A stretch of DNA of 64,000 bases from Camelus ferus. Its lineage: Eukaryota. The notes beneath the pieces are model-generated. The model was not told the DNA's origin, did no database searches, and was given only the letters and a program-made list of their open reading frames with translations. The DNA lies in contig NC_045705.1 of the NCBI RefSeq assembly GCF_009834535.1, forward strand, positions 65,844,001 to 65,908,000. Direction: 5' to 3'. Each line of letters opens with the position of its first letter. Within the stretch, counting starts at the first letter, position 1. Of this stretch, positions 1 to 16,299 are shown one piece after another. A program made the translations under genes and the position numbers.

Positions 1-3828
<3,828 letters not shown>

Positions 3829-3853
3829 NNNNNNNNNNNNNNNNNNNNNNNNN

Positions 3854-4620
3854 GGGGGTGATGGTCCCCGCGCCCGAGGGGTATAGCAAGCCGGGAGCCC
3901 CGGGAGATGGGTAGAGAGGGCAGCGAGGGAGAGGAACGGAGGGAGCGCGCGGGGAGGGGACAGCAGGCGCGGGAGCGGGCCCAGTGAGAGGCAGAGAGAT
4001 GGAGGCTGGACCGCGGGGAGCCCAGAAACTTCCACCACCCCGAGAAGAAGCCCAGCCACGAGCCGGGGCCGGGGGCCTGCGAAGGCCCCAAACTGAGGCT
4101 GGAGCGAGGAGGCCAGAGCAAGTTGAGGCGGAGAGGAGGAGCGAGGGGAGAGGAAGGCCGGGCGGCCGGCCCGGTCCGCGCCTCCCCCGGCCGGGCTGGG
4201 CTCCCGCGGCCGCCGGGAAGCAGGGAGCGCGCGGGGCGGACGCAGGGAGAAGTGAGCAGTTGTTTTCCCTGGCTGGAGCGCGGCGCGGCGGCGGCGAGGG
4301 GGGCTGGGATGCTGGCCCTGGGCCAGGGAGACAGTTTTTTTCTGTTTAAAGCGTCGTCGCTGCCGCCTGGGGGAGCGAGGGTGTACGGGCGGGTGGAGGC
4401 TGCGGGGGGGGGGGGGGCGGTCCCCGCCCCAGATGCCCGCCCCGCCGGAACCCGCCGCCGCGCTGGGCCCTCTCCAGTGGGCCCTCACCTGGGACCGCTG
4501 GCTGCCCCTCCGGATTCCTCTGGGCGGGGCCGGGAGGCCCGCGCCCACCTCCGCCCGGTCGCTTCAAAGTGGGAAACCGAGGCTGAGAGAGGAAGACGGG
4601 CCTGGCCCGGGGTCACACGG
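3854..4620 (-). promoter_or_regulatory. CpG island: LTBP3 5' UTR and promoter
   Basis: Very GC/CpG-rich with GC boxes, directly upstream of LTBP3 exon 1. Confidence 0.7.
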
Positions 4621-7539
4621 ACTGTCGGAAGCCAGGTGGAGCTGGAACCCAGGCCTCTCAGCCCTTGCTCTTCCTCCCTTGCACAGGTGGGGGTCTTACC
4701 ACCCCAAGATCCCTTCTCATTAGTACTGATCCACTCCTCCCTGAGGACAGGACTCAAGGAGGGGGCACCGCTTAGCCAAGGCCTCAGCGAGGTCCTAGGA
4801 AGAAGCCTGTGGGGTCCAGGAGAGGAGCAGATAGAGCAAATCTAGAAACCCAGCTTCCCTGCCAACCCCTTCTAAATGGCTTCCTGGTGCCCACCCTGCC
4901 CCCGCCCCTTCGCCTTGTCTGGCCGGGCTGGCTCTGGGCCTCAGACACTCTGGAATCGCCAAGGTCTGAGCTCAGGGCCTGGCCCCCTTCCCAGGCTAAC
5001 AGCCGGGAGGAGGGGGGTGATGCTTGAGGGCCTGGGGCTGGGGAGGGGCACAGCAGGGCCCCAGGGCAGGGGTTGGCAGGGGCTGGGGAGGGACCTTGAG
5101 TTTGGTCAAGGCTGGAAAGGAGCCAGGTCTGTCCACTGGTCTGGAAGGGAGGCCCTTGAGGGCTGCAGTGTCCTGGGGCCCAGGCCATTTACTGGGGACC
5201 TGGCTAGGAGACCCCAGGATTCAGTCTCTGACTCACAGAACTCAGCAGGGGGTGGGTGTGACCAGGGAACATCCAGAGCAGGACACAGCCAAGTCAGGGT
5301 GCCACCGTCTCCAAGGGGAACAGGGGTTGCAATCTGACTGAGGGAAAGGGGGTTCAGGAACTTGCCTTTAGGCACACCCGTGCAAAGAACTCATGGTTTT
5401 TAGTTTGAGGGTAGGCTTATTTGGGGGAACTGAGGGAGACCCTTTAGTGGACCCCTGCCTGAATTGCTCAGTGGGCTCAGGTCCTGTTCAGATAGTCAAG
5501 TGCTGCAGATGGGGCAACCCCATGTCCCCAGGGGAGCTAGGAGGGTATGTAAAGGGCAGCCCCCACCCTCACTCGGGTCTCCAGTCACACACTGAGGCAG
5601 GGAATAGTACTGAATGTTTACTGCCTGCCAGGTGTACAGCTGAGCATTCTGTAGTCATTTTTCCCTCACATTCATCTGCACCTGACCCTCCTCTGCCTAG
5701 AGGAGCCTGTGACTCACCTTGGAACACAGCATTAACAGACCAAGGTTGGAGTCCTAATCTCTCCAAGCCTCAGTTTTCTCATCTGTAAAATGGGCTCTGT
5801 TCATTCAACAAACTGGGAACCTACTGCAGGCTTTTCTAGCAAGTAGAACTAATCTCTGCCCCCCCGGAGCTTCTGTATTGGAGGAGACAGACCTATGACA
5901 TCAATTCACACATGACTGAGGCTGTGACAGAGGTCGGTGCTGGGACGGAGAAGAGCAAGGAGCCGGGAACAAGAGTGGTCGTGGTGGGACCTGGAGGTCC
6001 AGGAAACCCCTCTAACAAAGGGACTTTTAAGCCAAAAGCTGGAGGAGGAGCAGGAGTTAACCCGGTCTGCGGTCAGCTCAGCAGGGGGAAGCCTGTTAGG
6101 AGGCCAGAGGGACTGAGTGGCCTATGGAGACAGTTTACACAGGAGCATGCAGGGGTGAAGGCTAGGAAAGAGATTCATTTCTTTTAGGAACTGAGAGAAG
6201 GCCAGTGGAGCAACGGACTGGGAAGGAAGAGGGAGAAAGAGCATCTGCAGGTGGGAGGCCACAGCGAGGAATTTGGGTTTTATTTTCATTACAGTGGGGC
6301 TGTTTCAGAGCAAGAGGGGGTGCTGTTGCCATCACCCCAGGAAAGTTGATATACCTTGGACACAGTGGGTTTGTGTTTGGGATGTGGAAACTAGGGAAAG
6401 CAGAGGGTCCCAGAGAGACAGGTGGCATGAATGGCTCCCAGATTTCTGGCCTGAACCCCTGGGTGGATAAGAAGGCGGCAGAGAGGGAGGCCCGGGGAAG
6501 AGAGTGGAGCTCTGTCTGGGAGTTTGAGATGATTGTGTCATCCAAATGAAGACGTCTCAATCCAGGGGTCTGGACCTCTGACAGAATGTCTGGCCTGGAG
6601 ACGTAGACTTGGGGTCCTCACCATACAGGGATGTTTGTGGCCACAAGAAAGAACAGGCAGCTCAAGAGAGAAGAGGGCCCAGGGCAAACCAGGAAGGTCA
6701 CCACTCCCAGGTCAGAACGAGGAGGCAGAGTCAGAAGTGACTCAGAAGGAGCGGCAGGAGAAGACAGAGAGGAAACCTGGGAGTGCAATGCAGGAAGAGC
6801 CAAGAGGAGAGAGTTTTTCAGGAGCGGGGCATGGCCAAGGGTGTCTAATGCTGTTGAGAGTAGGATGCAGATGAGGCAGCCCTGGTTCAGAGGCTACTGA
6901 GGGGACTGAGTGACTGGAAGCAATGAGGGGAGGCACCCCACCCAGTGATGGGCACATAGCGAGTGCTCAGTGAGCTTCCCTACTGTCAGCACCCAAATCC
7001 TTCCTCTCATGAGGGACCCGGCAGGAAGCAGTGGGCACCCTCAGGTGGGTGATGAACATTGACCTGCCGGCACTGGAGCTGCAGGCACTGGAGCTGGAGG
7101 GGCGGGCAGCCCTGCCAGAGCTGGGGCCTTCGGCAGAGACCTGCAGTAGCTTTCCACCTGCACAATTCACATTACCCTCGTCTCCTCCTGTCCAGTGGGC
7201 CTCCCAGGTGCCGAACCCAAATGAAAGCCTGCTGGCAGGGGGACCTGGAAAGAGGGTATAGCACACAAGGTTAGCCTTGTGGCATGAAACAGAGAGGGCA
7301 GGGATGCAGAGTGGGTCTGCAGGGCAGCCTGCGACAGTCTAGTGCTTGTGGTGTCTGTGGCCTGTCCACCTTTTCTCTCTGCATCTCCTGTGTCACCACA
7401 CTCAGTCACACCATCTTCCTAGAATCTACCAGCAGGCTTCCATGCATCCTAGATCTAAGTTCTCCTGCAAGTCCAAGGAGGCCATGACCTCTGTGGTCAG
7501 TCCAGATCACTTCTGCCGCCTAACGGGTCTCCTCAGCAA

Positions 7540-7960
7540 CATTTCTGCCCACTCCTGTCCCTCCTCCACCTGGTGCCAGAGTCACCTTTAAAAACCTAAT
7601 CCCAACCATGCTCCTTCTCAGCTTAAAAATCCTCCAGTGGCTTCCCTCTGGTCACCTGGGCCTGCGAAGTCCTCTATGCCTGGGGGCTGCTGAGCTCATG
7701 CCTCTGCATGGGGCTGATCCTTCATGTCTCAGGTTTCTGCCTCCAAGAAGCATTTCTCTAAAACAGCCACCTCCGGCCTTCAGGTCACGTCACCTGTTTG
7801 TCTCCTGCTGGTCCTTGCTCACAGCCTGAAACGTTCCTTTTTGTGTGTTTGGTTACTTATTGTTCATCTCATCGCCCTTCCAGGAAGGCACAACCTGTCT
7901 CCAGACCCTAAGGGCACAGGGGCTGGCACGCAGAGGGTGCTGAAGGTTGTCGATTGACTG
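7540..7960 (+). repeat. L2 LINE 3' fragment
   Basis: catgctccttctcagcttaaaaatcctccagtggcttcc resembles the L2 3' region (from recall). Confidence 0.5.
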
Positions 7961-9860
7961 AAGAGAGCGAGACCACGAGAGCACCCCTCATGTACATGCA
8001 CTTTACGCTGGTATGTCATTCACCCCACCAGTGCCCCTACAAAGAGGAAGCCAAGGCTCTGAAAGATGAAACCATTACACTCAAGTCATCTGGTAAGTGA
8101 GATGTGGGGACTGCACTTAAACCTACACAGTGCTCCTGGGAGGGAGGAATGAGAGGGGCCCCACAAATGTCCTAAAGATAGGAGGGTGGGGCCCGAGGGC
8201 TTTGCTGGAGTAGGACAACAAAGAGCCCTGGGACCCCCAGTCCCGGGAATGTTCAGACTGCTTAAATATTAGGGAAGATCTCCCTTACGCAGAGGGGTTC
8301 CTGAGGTCTGGGGAAGGCCTGGGACATGGCCAAGGTGAGACAGCTGGTCCACAGCATAGCCAGAACTCAAACCCAGGGCTCCTGATGCCTCGTTGCGGGA
8401 AGTGGCTGGCTGGGGCAGTGGCAGCCTGCTTAACAGAAGTTACAACTGAGGAGGCAGCATGATGCAGTGGTTGTTTCCTTGCATTTGACTTTCCTGTACC
8501 AGCTGTGTGAACTGGGACAATTCTTCATCTTCTCTATGTCTCCTTTCTTGTTTTTAGACAGGGAGGCAATGGAGCTGACTTTCATGAAGCCCTAAGTGGA
8601 TGCTGACTACACAGTAAGGACTCAGTATACATTAGCTCTTTCAATTAATATCTCGGTCTGGGGTCCACGAGGAGCCGCGCATGGGAGCCCGGCTGCCTGT
8701 GGGGCGGGGCAGAGTACCACTGAGAGAGGACAGGCTGTGCGCCAGGCTGCACGTTGCCTCTCTGAGTTCTGAATGTCTTTGGGAAGCTTCTAGGCTCTGA
8801 AGAAAGAAATGGCTCTAGGGGGTGGCGGGTTCTAAAGATGATGGTTGGAAGTTTTGGATGGTTGGAGGGGACAGTTCTGCCCCGAAGCGTCTCTCTCCAA
8901 AGACACTTTACTGAAAGTGGCTATCATCGAGTCCCTCTGATGTGCCCCTACTGTGATGCAGGGCGCTGAGAGATGGGGTTGGAAAATGAAATGAAAACCC
9001 ATCTTCATGCTCAATCAATTGGAGAGGATCTTTAGCCCCGTCACTTGTCTCTACCTCTCAAACCCAGGAAAGAGTCCACCATTGAGAATCAGGCTCTAGA
9101 CATGCACTGCCTGGAGGAGGACCCAGCCCCGCCACACCCAAGCAGGGTGACTGTGGATACATCTCTTAATTTGTCCAAGCTTCAGCTTCTCCATCTGCAA
9201 ACTGGGGCTGATAATAAGATATAACTCACAGCGTTGACCTGAGGATTAAAGGAGATAATTCAAGCTCTCAGCAGTGCCTGGACCAAAGGAAAAATACCCC
9301 AAAGGCGAGTATTATTATGTTTATTATTGTATCATCTTGTCCTTTCTTGTCTCTCAGAAATGTCAGGTCAATTCACCTTGCAGTGAAAAGTAAGAGGAAA
9401 AATCAACCCCTCCTGGATGCCTGTTAGTGCGAAGCTACAATAACACCACTCATGATTTTCGGAGCCGTGGCTATGCAGCATAAGCCACTCATTGCTGCAT
9501 GAACCTGACTCACCAAACGAGGCAGTTGGGGCAGGGGAGTGCTGTAACCAAGCTGTGTGTGAATGTGCCACTGTGCTGTCACTCAGGAACAGGCCTAACT
9601 ACTGCCACGTCCACTGTGCCACAGGTAGCGACAGATGTTGGGCCGGCTCACATGAGGGTAGGAAGGGGTCTGAAACAGCCTAAGCCCACTGCTTCCCAGA
9701 CAGCTGGTCTGCCCACCATGACTTATTTCTCTGTTTCAATCTTGGCTTGGAAGGCATTCAGGACAGCCTTAGTTCACTGACCAAGGTTGCTGTGAATGCT
9801 AGAATTCTCTGGATAAGCTTTACCACCAGCACCTCTGAGACCTTCTATGTGCTTGCCCCT

Positions 9861-10293
9861 TGTCAAGGACTGTGATGGGTCTGGGGTTTTACCCTACTTG
9901 CAAACCAACAAGCAAACCTGCCACAGTTTCATGCATGCTGCCAGAAGATAGGAGATTCCTGGGTCAGCGACAATGGACCTTATTACTCAGTAAACAGCAT
10001 GATTATCAGCATGTTGACATCAGTCCTCTTGTCCCCAATTCCCATGGGGGTGGCACCAATGGCCTAGACAGATGCCTGCACAGAGTGGACTGTGGTATGG
10101 GAGAGGACTCTAAAATTAAGACCCAAGTCTTTTCTAATGGCTGCCCTTTTCTCTGGAGGGAGATTCTGTCCCCATCTTCCATGGCTATTCACTGTACCAA
10201 CATCCTTGAGAAGAGAGTCCAGGACAAAGGCTGTCAGTGCCTTGCTTGCAAAATGTGCAGAACCTCAAGAGACCCCTGGAGAATTGTCTTACA
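9861..10293 (-). mobile_element. ERV1-class LTR (MER34/MER39/LTR48-like), 3' LTR of a decayed provirus
   Basis: On the minus strand it begins TGTAAGACAATTCTCC (10293) and ends ...CAGTCCTTGACA (9861), giving TG...CA termini. It is preceded by the polypurine tract AGAAATGAGGGGTGG (10315-10301). Family name from recall. Confidence 0.75.
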
Positions 10294-12800
10294 ATAAGAT
10301 CCACCCCTCATTTCTACACTGTCTTGACTTTTGGCAAATTTTCCCATGAGTTCACCACTCTGTTGGCAAATATGATCAAAAGAGGCTAGAACCAAATCTG
10401 TTCAATATGTCACATACAGAATTTAATTAAAGCTACTATCCATGGGACTCCAAGCAGCAGGATGAAGCCAATTTGCAGTACTGACCTCAACCATGCCTCC
10501 CAGCTGAACAAATCCATATTGCATCAGATCTACCTTAGAAAGCCAGGTTGCTTGCTCCTTGGTTCTCTGTATCAACCTTGGCCTGGAAGGCATTCAGGAC
10601 AGCCTCAATTCACTGATCAAGATTGCTGTGTATGACAGAATTCTCCTGGATTTATTCCTTGCAGGCCACAGTCTGTGCAATTAATATATCCTGCTGTACC
10701 TGGATTAATGCTTCCAGCCATGAGTAATAAAGTCCTTTGTCTCTGACCCAGGAATCGCCTGTCTTCTGCATGCATGAACCTGTGGCAAGCTCACATGTTA
10801 GTTTGCAAGTAGGCTAAAGTCAAGGATAAATTTCAAGTCCCTCTGTTTTCAGGAGAGAGACAAGTTAATGGGTGACTTCTGTATAAGTCATACAGTCTCA
10901 AGGGTGCACATGGTGTTTCTGGGAAGAAACATGGTGCCCCCAAGTGTGACCTACATCAGTTATGGGGTACCAAGGTTGACAGTGCCTCCAGTGTGGCCTC
11001 TCTGCATGTTGGTAGGCCTTAGGGGTCCCAGTCCAACTGAGGCCAGTCCTTGTTTTTGGAGGGCCTGGCTAAGGGCAGTTAGTCCAATCTGTCCTGTTTG
11101 TCCAGGCCACCAGCCAGATGGCATTCATGCACCCCATGGCATGACAGAGTGGTAATGGCTCCAGGACTGGCAATGGGGACGATAGCTGGGGGTGATGGTG
11201 TTACCAGGTATTTTATGTGACAGGTACAGGAGCTGAGGCTACCCTCTGCTGCTTCCAATCTCTTGGAAAAGATAAGCAGAATGGCAATCAAATCAAGGTC
11301 AGAACTGCCTACAGGAGCACTGCAGACCCAGCAGTCTGTTAAATTTAAGTCACTTGCAACAGTTTGAGAGAATTGGACCTGGATGTTTTCCTCCATGAAG
11401 AAGGCTCCAGGTGATTCGGCAAGACAAAGGTTACACATTTCTTTCTTTCCCCCATATCTCCTGGGGTCTGAGGTGTTCCCTCCCCAGGTGCCAAGGTTGC
11501 TGTTCTCCCTCTACGGCCACAAAATCGATGTGTTCCATTCCAGGAGTTAGAACTTCAACTTTTTTCCAATCTCCCCCTACTCACACCTTTCATCTGCAAG
11601 GATCAGGGGACAAAGACGTTTTTATAAAACATACAGGGATCCATTAGGTCCCCCATCCTACACATGGGCCACAGTTGGGGGACTCAGAGAGAGAGGTGTA
11701 CACACCAGCACTCCAGTTATTCTGATGCAGGACTGTGTCTGTCCAACAAGAGAATCCAAGTGGCTGAACAATAATATAGTGAGAATCACCTAAACCCCTT
11801 TCTGACTGGGCTGCCACCTGGAATTGCAGCAACCAGGCTGGCCTGGGGTTGCTGTTAAGGGAAAGAAAGAAGCATTATGTCTAGGAATAGTGAGTGTGGA
11901 ACCCTAAATTTTCAAAACTGGTCTATGTAAACCCTACCCCTCTCATCTTGATCATTACAAAGGACACAGCCTAGGGGAGATGGTCCCATCCTGGAGACAG
12001 CCACATTCAGTGACTGAACTGCCATATGGAGGTGTGGGGACCTGGAGGGAGAGTCAGAAATTTCTTTGAGTTAATTTTTGAGGATCACCATGATAATGGA
12101 TGATAGGGAGCATGGAAGGACCACCAAATACCTAGATTATCATATTGAGTGGCTTTTGAGATAAAAGATGCACTATTGTTAGACCATTGGTCCAGAAAGC
12201 CAAAAACAATACACAGATTAGTCTCAAGAACCACAATCGTGTTATCAAAGTTGGCTGGTTGGCCTGGAACAGCACCATTGTACCCTCAGAAAGTGTAAGA
12301 CACCAGCCATAGCCCCAAGGAGTCAAAGGTCCCATGCAGTCAATCTCTCAAGAGCAGGCAGGGGCAACACCACATACACTGTGGTCTCCTTCATTGCAGG
12401 ACAAACAGATGAACTTTTGGCAGAAATCACAAATCTTGCATGGAGTTGTGGCCTCTGCATCAGAAGTGTAGAGTCCTTTACTTTGTGCCCATTCTGTGAT
12501 GGTAGACATGTTGCCATATCTGTATGATGATGGATCCAGACATAAATGGAGACAGTCTGGGCAGTGGAGGCTCTATCAACAGCTTGATCCCTATAATCTT
12601 ATCAGAGAATGAGCCCTTAGCAGGGGCATCTGTGTAAGAGCTCTAGATGGTTTGATCAGTCATGATTTGTTTCCACAGTTAGCTGAGAACATTGCCATCT
12701 AAAGCCCTCTATTGGGTGGCAGAGTACTGATATCTGTCTCACATTTGGGGACTCCTTGACTCAGCAACCACAGCCACATTGCTTTCCAGCTCGGGCTGCA
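10294..12800 (-). mobile_element. Degenerate ERV internal region: integrase remnant, env SU and env TM
   Basis: EIDCMGPLTPWGYGWCLT (12347-12294) resembles the integrase WQIDYIGPL motif. ENIQVQFSQTVASDLNLTDCWVC (11390-11322) is an SU CxxC region. KEQATWLSKVD and DLFSWEAWLRSVLQIGFILLLGVPWIVALIKFC (10560-10416) form a TM anchor. Stops and frameshifts throughout. Confidence 0.72.
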
Positions 12801-12889
12801 AATTCGTACTGTTCAGCTGACCTGGGTTTGAGTTGGTCAGTCTAACTAAAGATTTGGCAATTTAAAGAACTAACTTGTGGGTGAGTTGA

Positions 12890-13410
12890 TTTTCTCTAAT
12901 CTTTATTCTAGCCTTCCTTCTACTTGCTTTGAGTTTAGCTTACTTTTATTTTTCTAGTTTCTTAAGGTGGAAGATTAGGTGATTTGAGACTTTTTTCCTT
13001 TTAAACATAAGAATATGCAACTATAAATTTCCCTCTAAGCACTTCTTTGGCTGCATCTCACAAATTTTGGTATGTTGTGTTTTCATCTTCATTAATCTCA
13101 AAGTAGTTTCTAATTTCCTGTGTGACTTCTTCTGTGATCCATTAATTATTTAAGATGATGTTGTTTAACTTCCATGTATTTGTGAATTTTCCAAATTTCC
13201 TTCTATTATTGATTGCTAATTTCATTCCACTACAGCCTGAGAACACACTTTGTATGATTTCAACCCTTTTAAATGTATTGAGACTGTTTTATGGTCTAAT
13301 ATATGGTCTATCCTGGAGAATGCTCCATGCATATTTGAGAAGAATATAACTTCTGCTGTTGTTGGGTGGAGTGTTATATAGATGTCTGTCAGGACTTGGG
13401 CTTGACTTGA
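12890..13410 (-). mobile_element. Old L1 ORF2 (endonuclease-region) fragment
   Basis: T-rich antisense L1 signature, e.g. tataaatttccctctaagcact and ggtctatcctggagaatgctccatgcatatttgagaagaat. Confidence 0.75.
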
Positions 13411-13486
13411 ACAGCTGTGACTTTTCTTTTAAAGGAGACTACCTTGATAGAGGGTATTTCTGTCCCACTGTCATAATAACAACTCA

Positions 13487-14560
13487 TTTTTTTTTAATTG
13501 CAATATAGTCAGTTACAATGTATCAACTTCTGGTGTACAGCACAATGTCCTAGTCATGCATATGCATACATACATTTGTTTTCATATTTTTTATTGATGG
13601 TTATTGCCAAGATACTGAATGTAGTTCCCTGTGCTATACAGAAGAAATTTGTTTTTTAATCTATTTTCTCTCTCTCATTGTCTCTCTTTTTTATTTTGCT
13701 GCGGGAGGTAATTAGGTTTATTTATTTTTAGAGGAGCTACTGGGAGTTGACTCCTGGACCTCATGCATGATAAGCATGCACTCTACCACTTGAACTATAC
13801 CCTCCCCTCCTTTTTTAAATCTATTTTTCTATATAGTGGCTAACATTTGCAAATCTCAAACTCCCAAATTTATCCCTTCCCATCCCCTTTCCCCCGGCAA
13901 CCATAAGATTGTTTACTATGTCTGTGATTTTGTTTCTGTTTTGTAGAGGAGTTCATTAGTGTCCTCTTTTTCTCTTTTTTTTAGATTCCACATATGAGTG
14001 ATATCAGATGGTATTTTTCTTTCTCTTTCTGGCTTACTTCACTTAGAATGACAGTCTCTAAATTTGACACAACATTATAAAATGACTATAACTCAATAAA
14101 AAGAAGTTAAAAAAAAGAATGACAATCTCTNNNNNNNNNNNNNNNNNNNNNNNNNNNNNNNNNNNNNNNNNNNNNNNNNNNNNNNNNNNNNNNNNNNNNN
14201 NNNNNNNNNNNNNNNNNNNNNNNNNNNNNNNNNNNNNNNNNNNNNNNNNNNNNNNNNNNNNNNNNNNNNNNNNNNNNNNNNNNNNNNNNNNAGTGGAGTG
14301 CATGTATCTTTTCAAATTAGAGTTNNNNNNNNNNNNNNNNNNNNNNNNNNNNNNNNNNNNNNNNNNNNNNNNNNNNNNNNNNNNNNNNNNNNNNNNNNNN
14401 NNNNNNNNNNNNNNNNNNNNNNNNNNNNNNNNNNNNNNNNNNNNNNNNNNNNNNNNNNNNNNNNNNNNNNNNNNNNNNNNNNNNNATTTATCATTTGTGG
14501 ACTTTTTAATGATGGCCATTCTGACAGATGTGAGGTGATGCCTCGTTGTTGTTTTCATTG
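13487..14560 (-). mobile_element. L1 3' end (ORF2 C-terminus plus 3' UTR), interrupted by insertions and gaps
   Basis: MKTTTRHHLTSVRMAIIKKSTNDK (14558-14487) matches the L1 ORF2 C-terminus. 3' UTR-like sequence ends in poly-T at about 13487. Confidence 0.8.
13668..13810 (-). mobile_element. tRNA-derived SINE of camelid type, with target-site duplication
   Basis: Minus strand GGAGGGGAGGGTATAGTTCAAGTGGTAGAGTGCATGCTTATCATGCATGAGGTCCAGGAGTCAACTCCCAG has A-box and B-box-like motifs. It is flanked by near-identical ttttttaa(a)tctatttt at 13652-13667 and 13811-13827. Confidence 0.75.
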
Positions 14561-16299
14561 CCTTGTTTTAGTAGAAGGGCTAGGAGAGTTTTCTAGGGCA
14601 GTGGAACTGATCACAAGAATTTATCTAGACATCTTGGGGTCACCTGTAGCAGCGCTATAAACCCAAACTAAGACAATAAGAGCCCAAAGAGTAACCAATA
14701 CCTCATCTATGGTTTCCTATGGGAGTTTGTCTCAAGGAAATCTCCCTAAGAGGGACAAAGCTCCCTTATAGCAGCCAGGACCCACTGGGGGGGAAAAACA
14801 GACCTTTTACTGTCATCTTGGAATAGATATAAGATTGGCATGATAGACTACAGGGAGGGCTGAGCTGTAAGATGGCCCAGCTGTTGCCATTCTTCCTTGC
14901 CTAGCATCACATGCCCTGCCCCTCACCTCCCAAGTGAGCCAGCAAAGTTCTAATTATTCATCTGTTTTTTGTCCATAGCAATAGTGAATTTCCCTCCATC
15001 CTTTTTTAGTGTGTATGTGCATCTCTGTAAATGCTGTCTGAAAGAAAGTGGAAACTTCTGTACTCCCAGGATGAGTCTTAGTATTGGTTGTTACAATGGG
15101 GCAGACCTGGACAGCAAGGTGCTACCTTTCCACCCAGAGAAGAGTAGTTGTCATGAGGAATAAATGAAAGGGATTAAGGAGGAAGATGAATATAAGGATC
15201 TTAATTAGTGTCAGGCAGGATAAGCTGTTGAGTGGATATTGGCCATTATGATGACACAGAAGGGTGCACTGAGGGCTTCAGGATGGGGCTGGGAGTTGAA
15301 GATAGTAAGGACCTGGAGGGTCTGTACATACAGACTAGAATCCAAGAGTCCCTCTAGTCAGTTTGGCAGAACTGACCTGGGGTCAGGCCCTGAGTCAGGT
15401 ACACTGCTACCCAAGAGTCTGCTGGTAGAGTGAAGAGGGGCACAGGACTCTCCAAGTAAGCAGGAGGCAGCAAGGGTCAGAAAATGGAAGTTCCAAAGAG
15501 TCTACATAGGAGGAAGATGGGGCCAGGAGGAGGGCATTCTATTTTCAGATAAGACTGTGAAAGCATGTGCTGCCGGTCAAAGAAGAGGGTTGCGGATGAG
15601 ATTATGGGAGTCTAAGTCCTAGCTCCTTCTCCACTGTCCTGGTGTACAGCCTTGAGGCACTGCACGCTGCGCATCTGGGGACTGCTGCCTACTCCACCTG
15701 GCTTCTCCAAACCTATTAAGGGAGAGTTTGTGTATGGAAAAAGAACAAAGAGGGGATAAATACCACCAAGGCCAATATTCAGGGAGCACTAGTTATTTTA
15801 ACAGCAACCCACCCAACGAGGGCATAACGGTCACAGGCATGTGTAGTAAGTCTCTCATTTCCACCCTCCAGAACGTATTATTCAGCAGGGGCTGGAATCG
15901 GAACTGCGCATGCCCAGTACAGCAATTTACACCCCACCCCCCCACCCCGCCTTCCCCCTAGTCAGCTGGCTTTTTGAAGGTTCGAACTTCCACAATACAG
16001 AACAAAACGAAAAGTCTGCTTAGAGGCTGACTTTGCATCAGTCCCAGGCCTTGGTGGGGTAGGGGGTGGGCAGGCTAGGACACCGAACACGCGGAAGGAA
16101 AGGGGGTCTTGAAATAGGCTGAGAGGTGTGAAAAGCAAGAACGATCGCCGCCTGGCCTGACTAGCTAGTTGAAATGAGAAGCACTGAAGGCCTGAGGAGG
16201 CTTCAAGCGTATGTAAGGGGCGGTTATTATCAAAGGTGTTGTTGTGATGATGCCACTGCCCCGCCTTACCTGGGTCCTGCCGGTGCGGAAAGAGAAACC

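Noticed and set aside
10294-11830. Domesticated env (syncytin- or HEMO-like) gene
   Set aside because: The longest piece is 119 aa, the TM region has stops and frameshifts, and the ISD block is inverted. This is a fossil, not an intact ORF.
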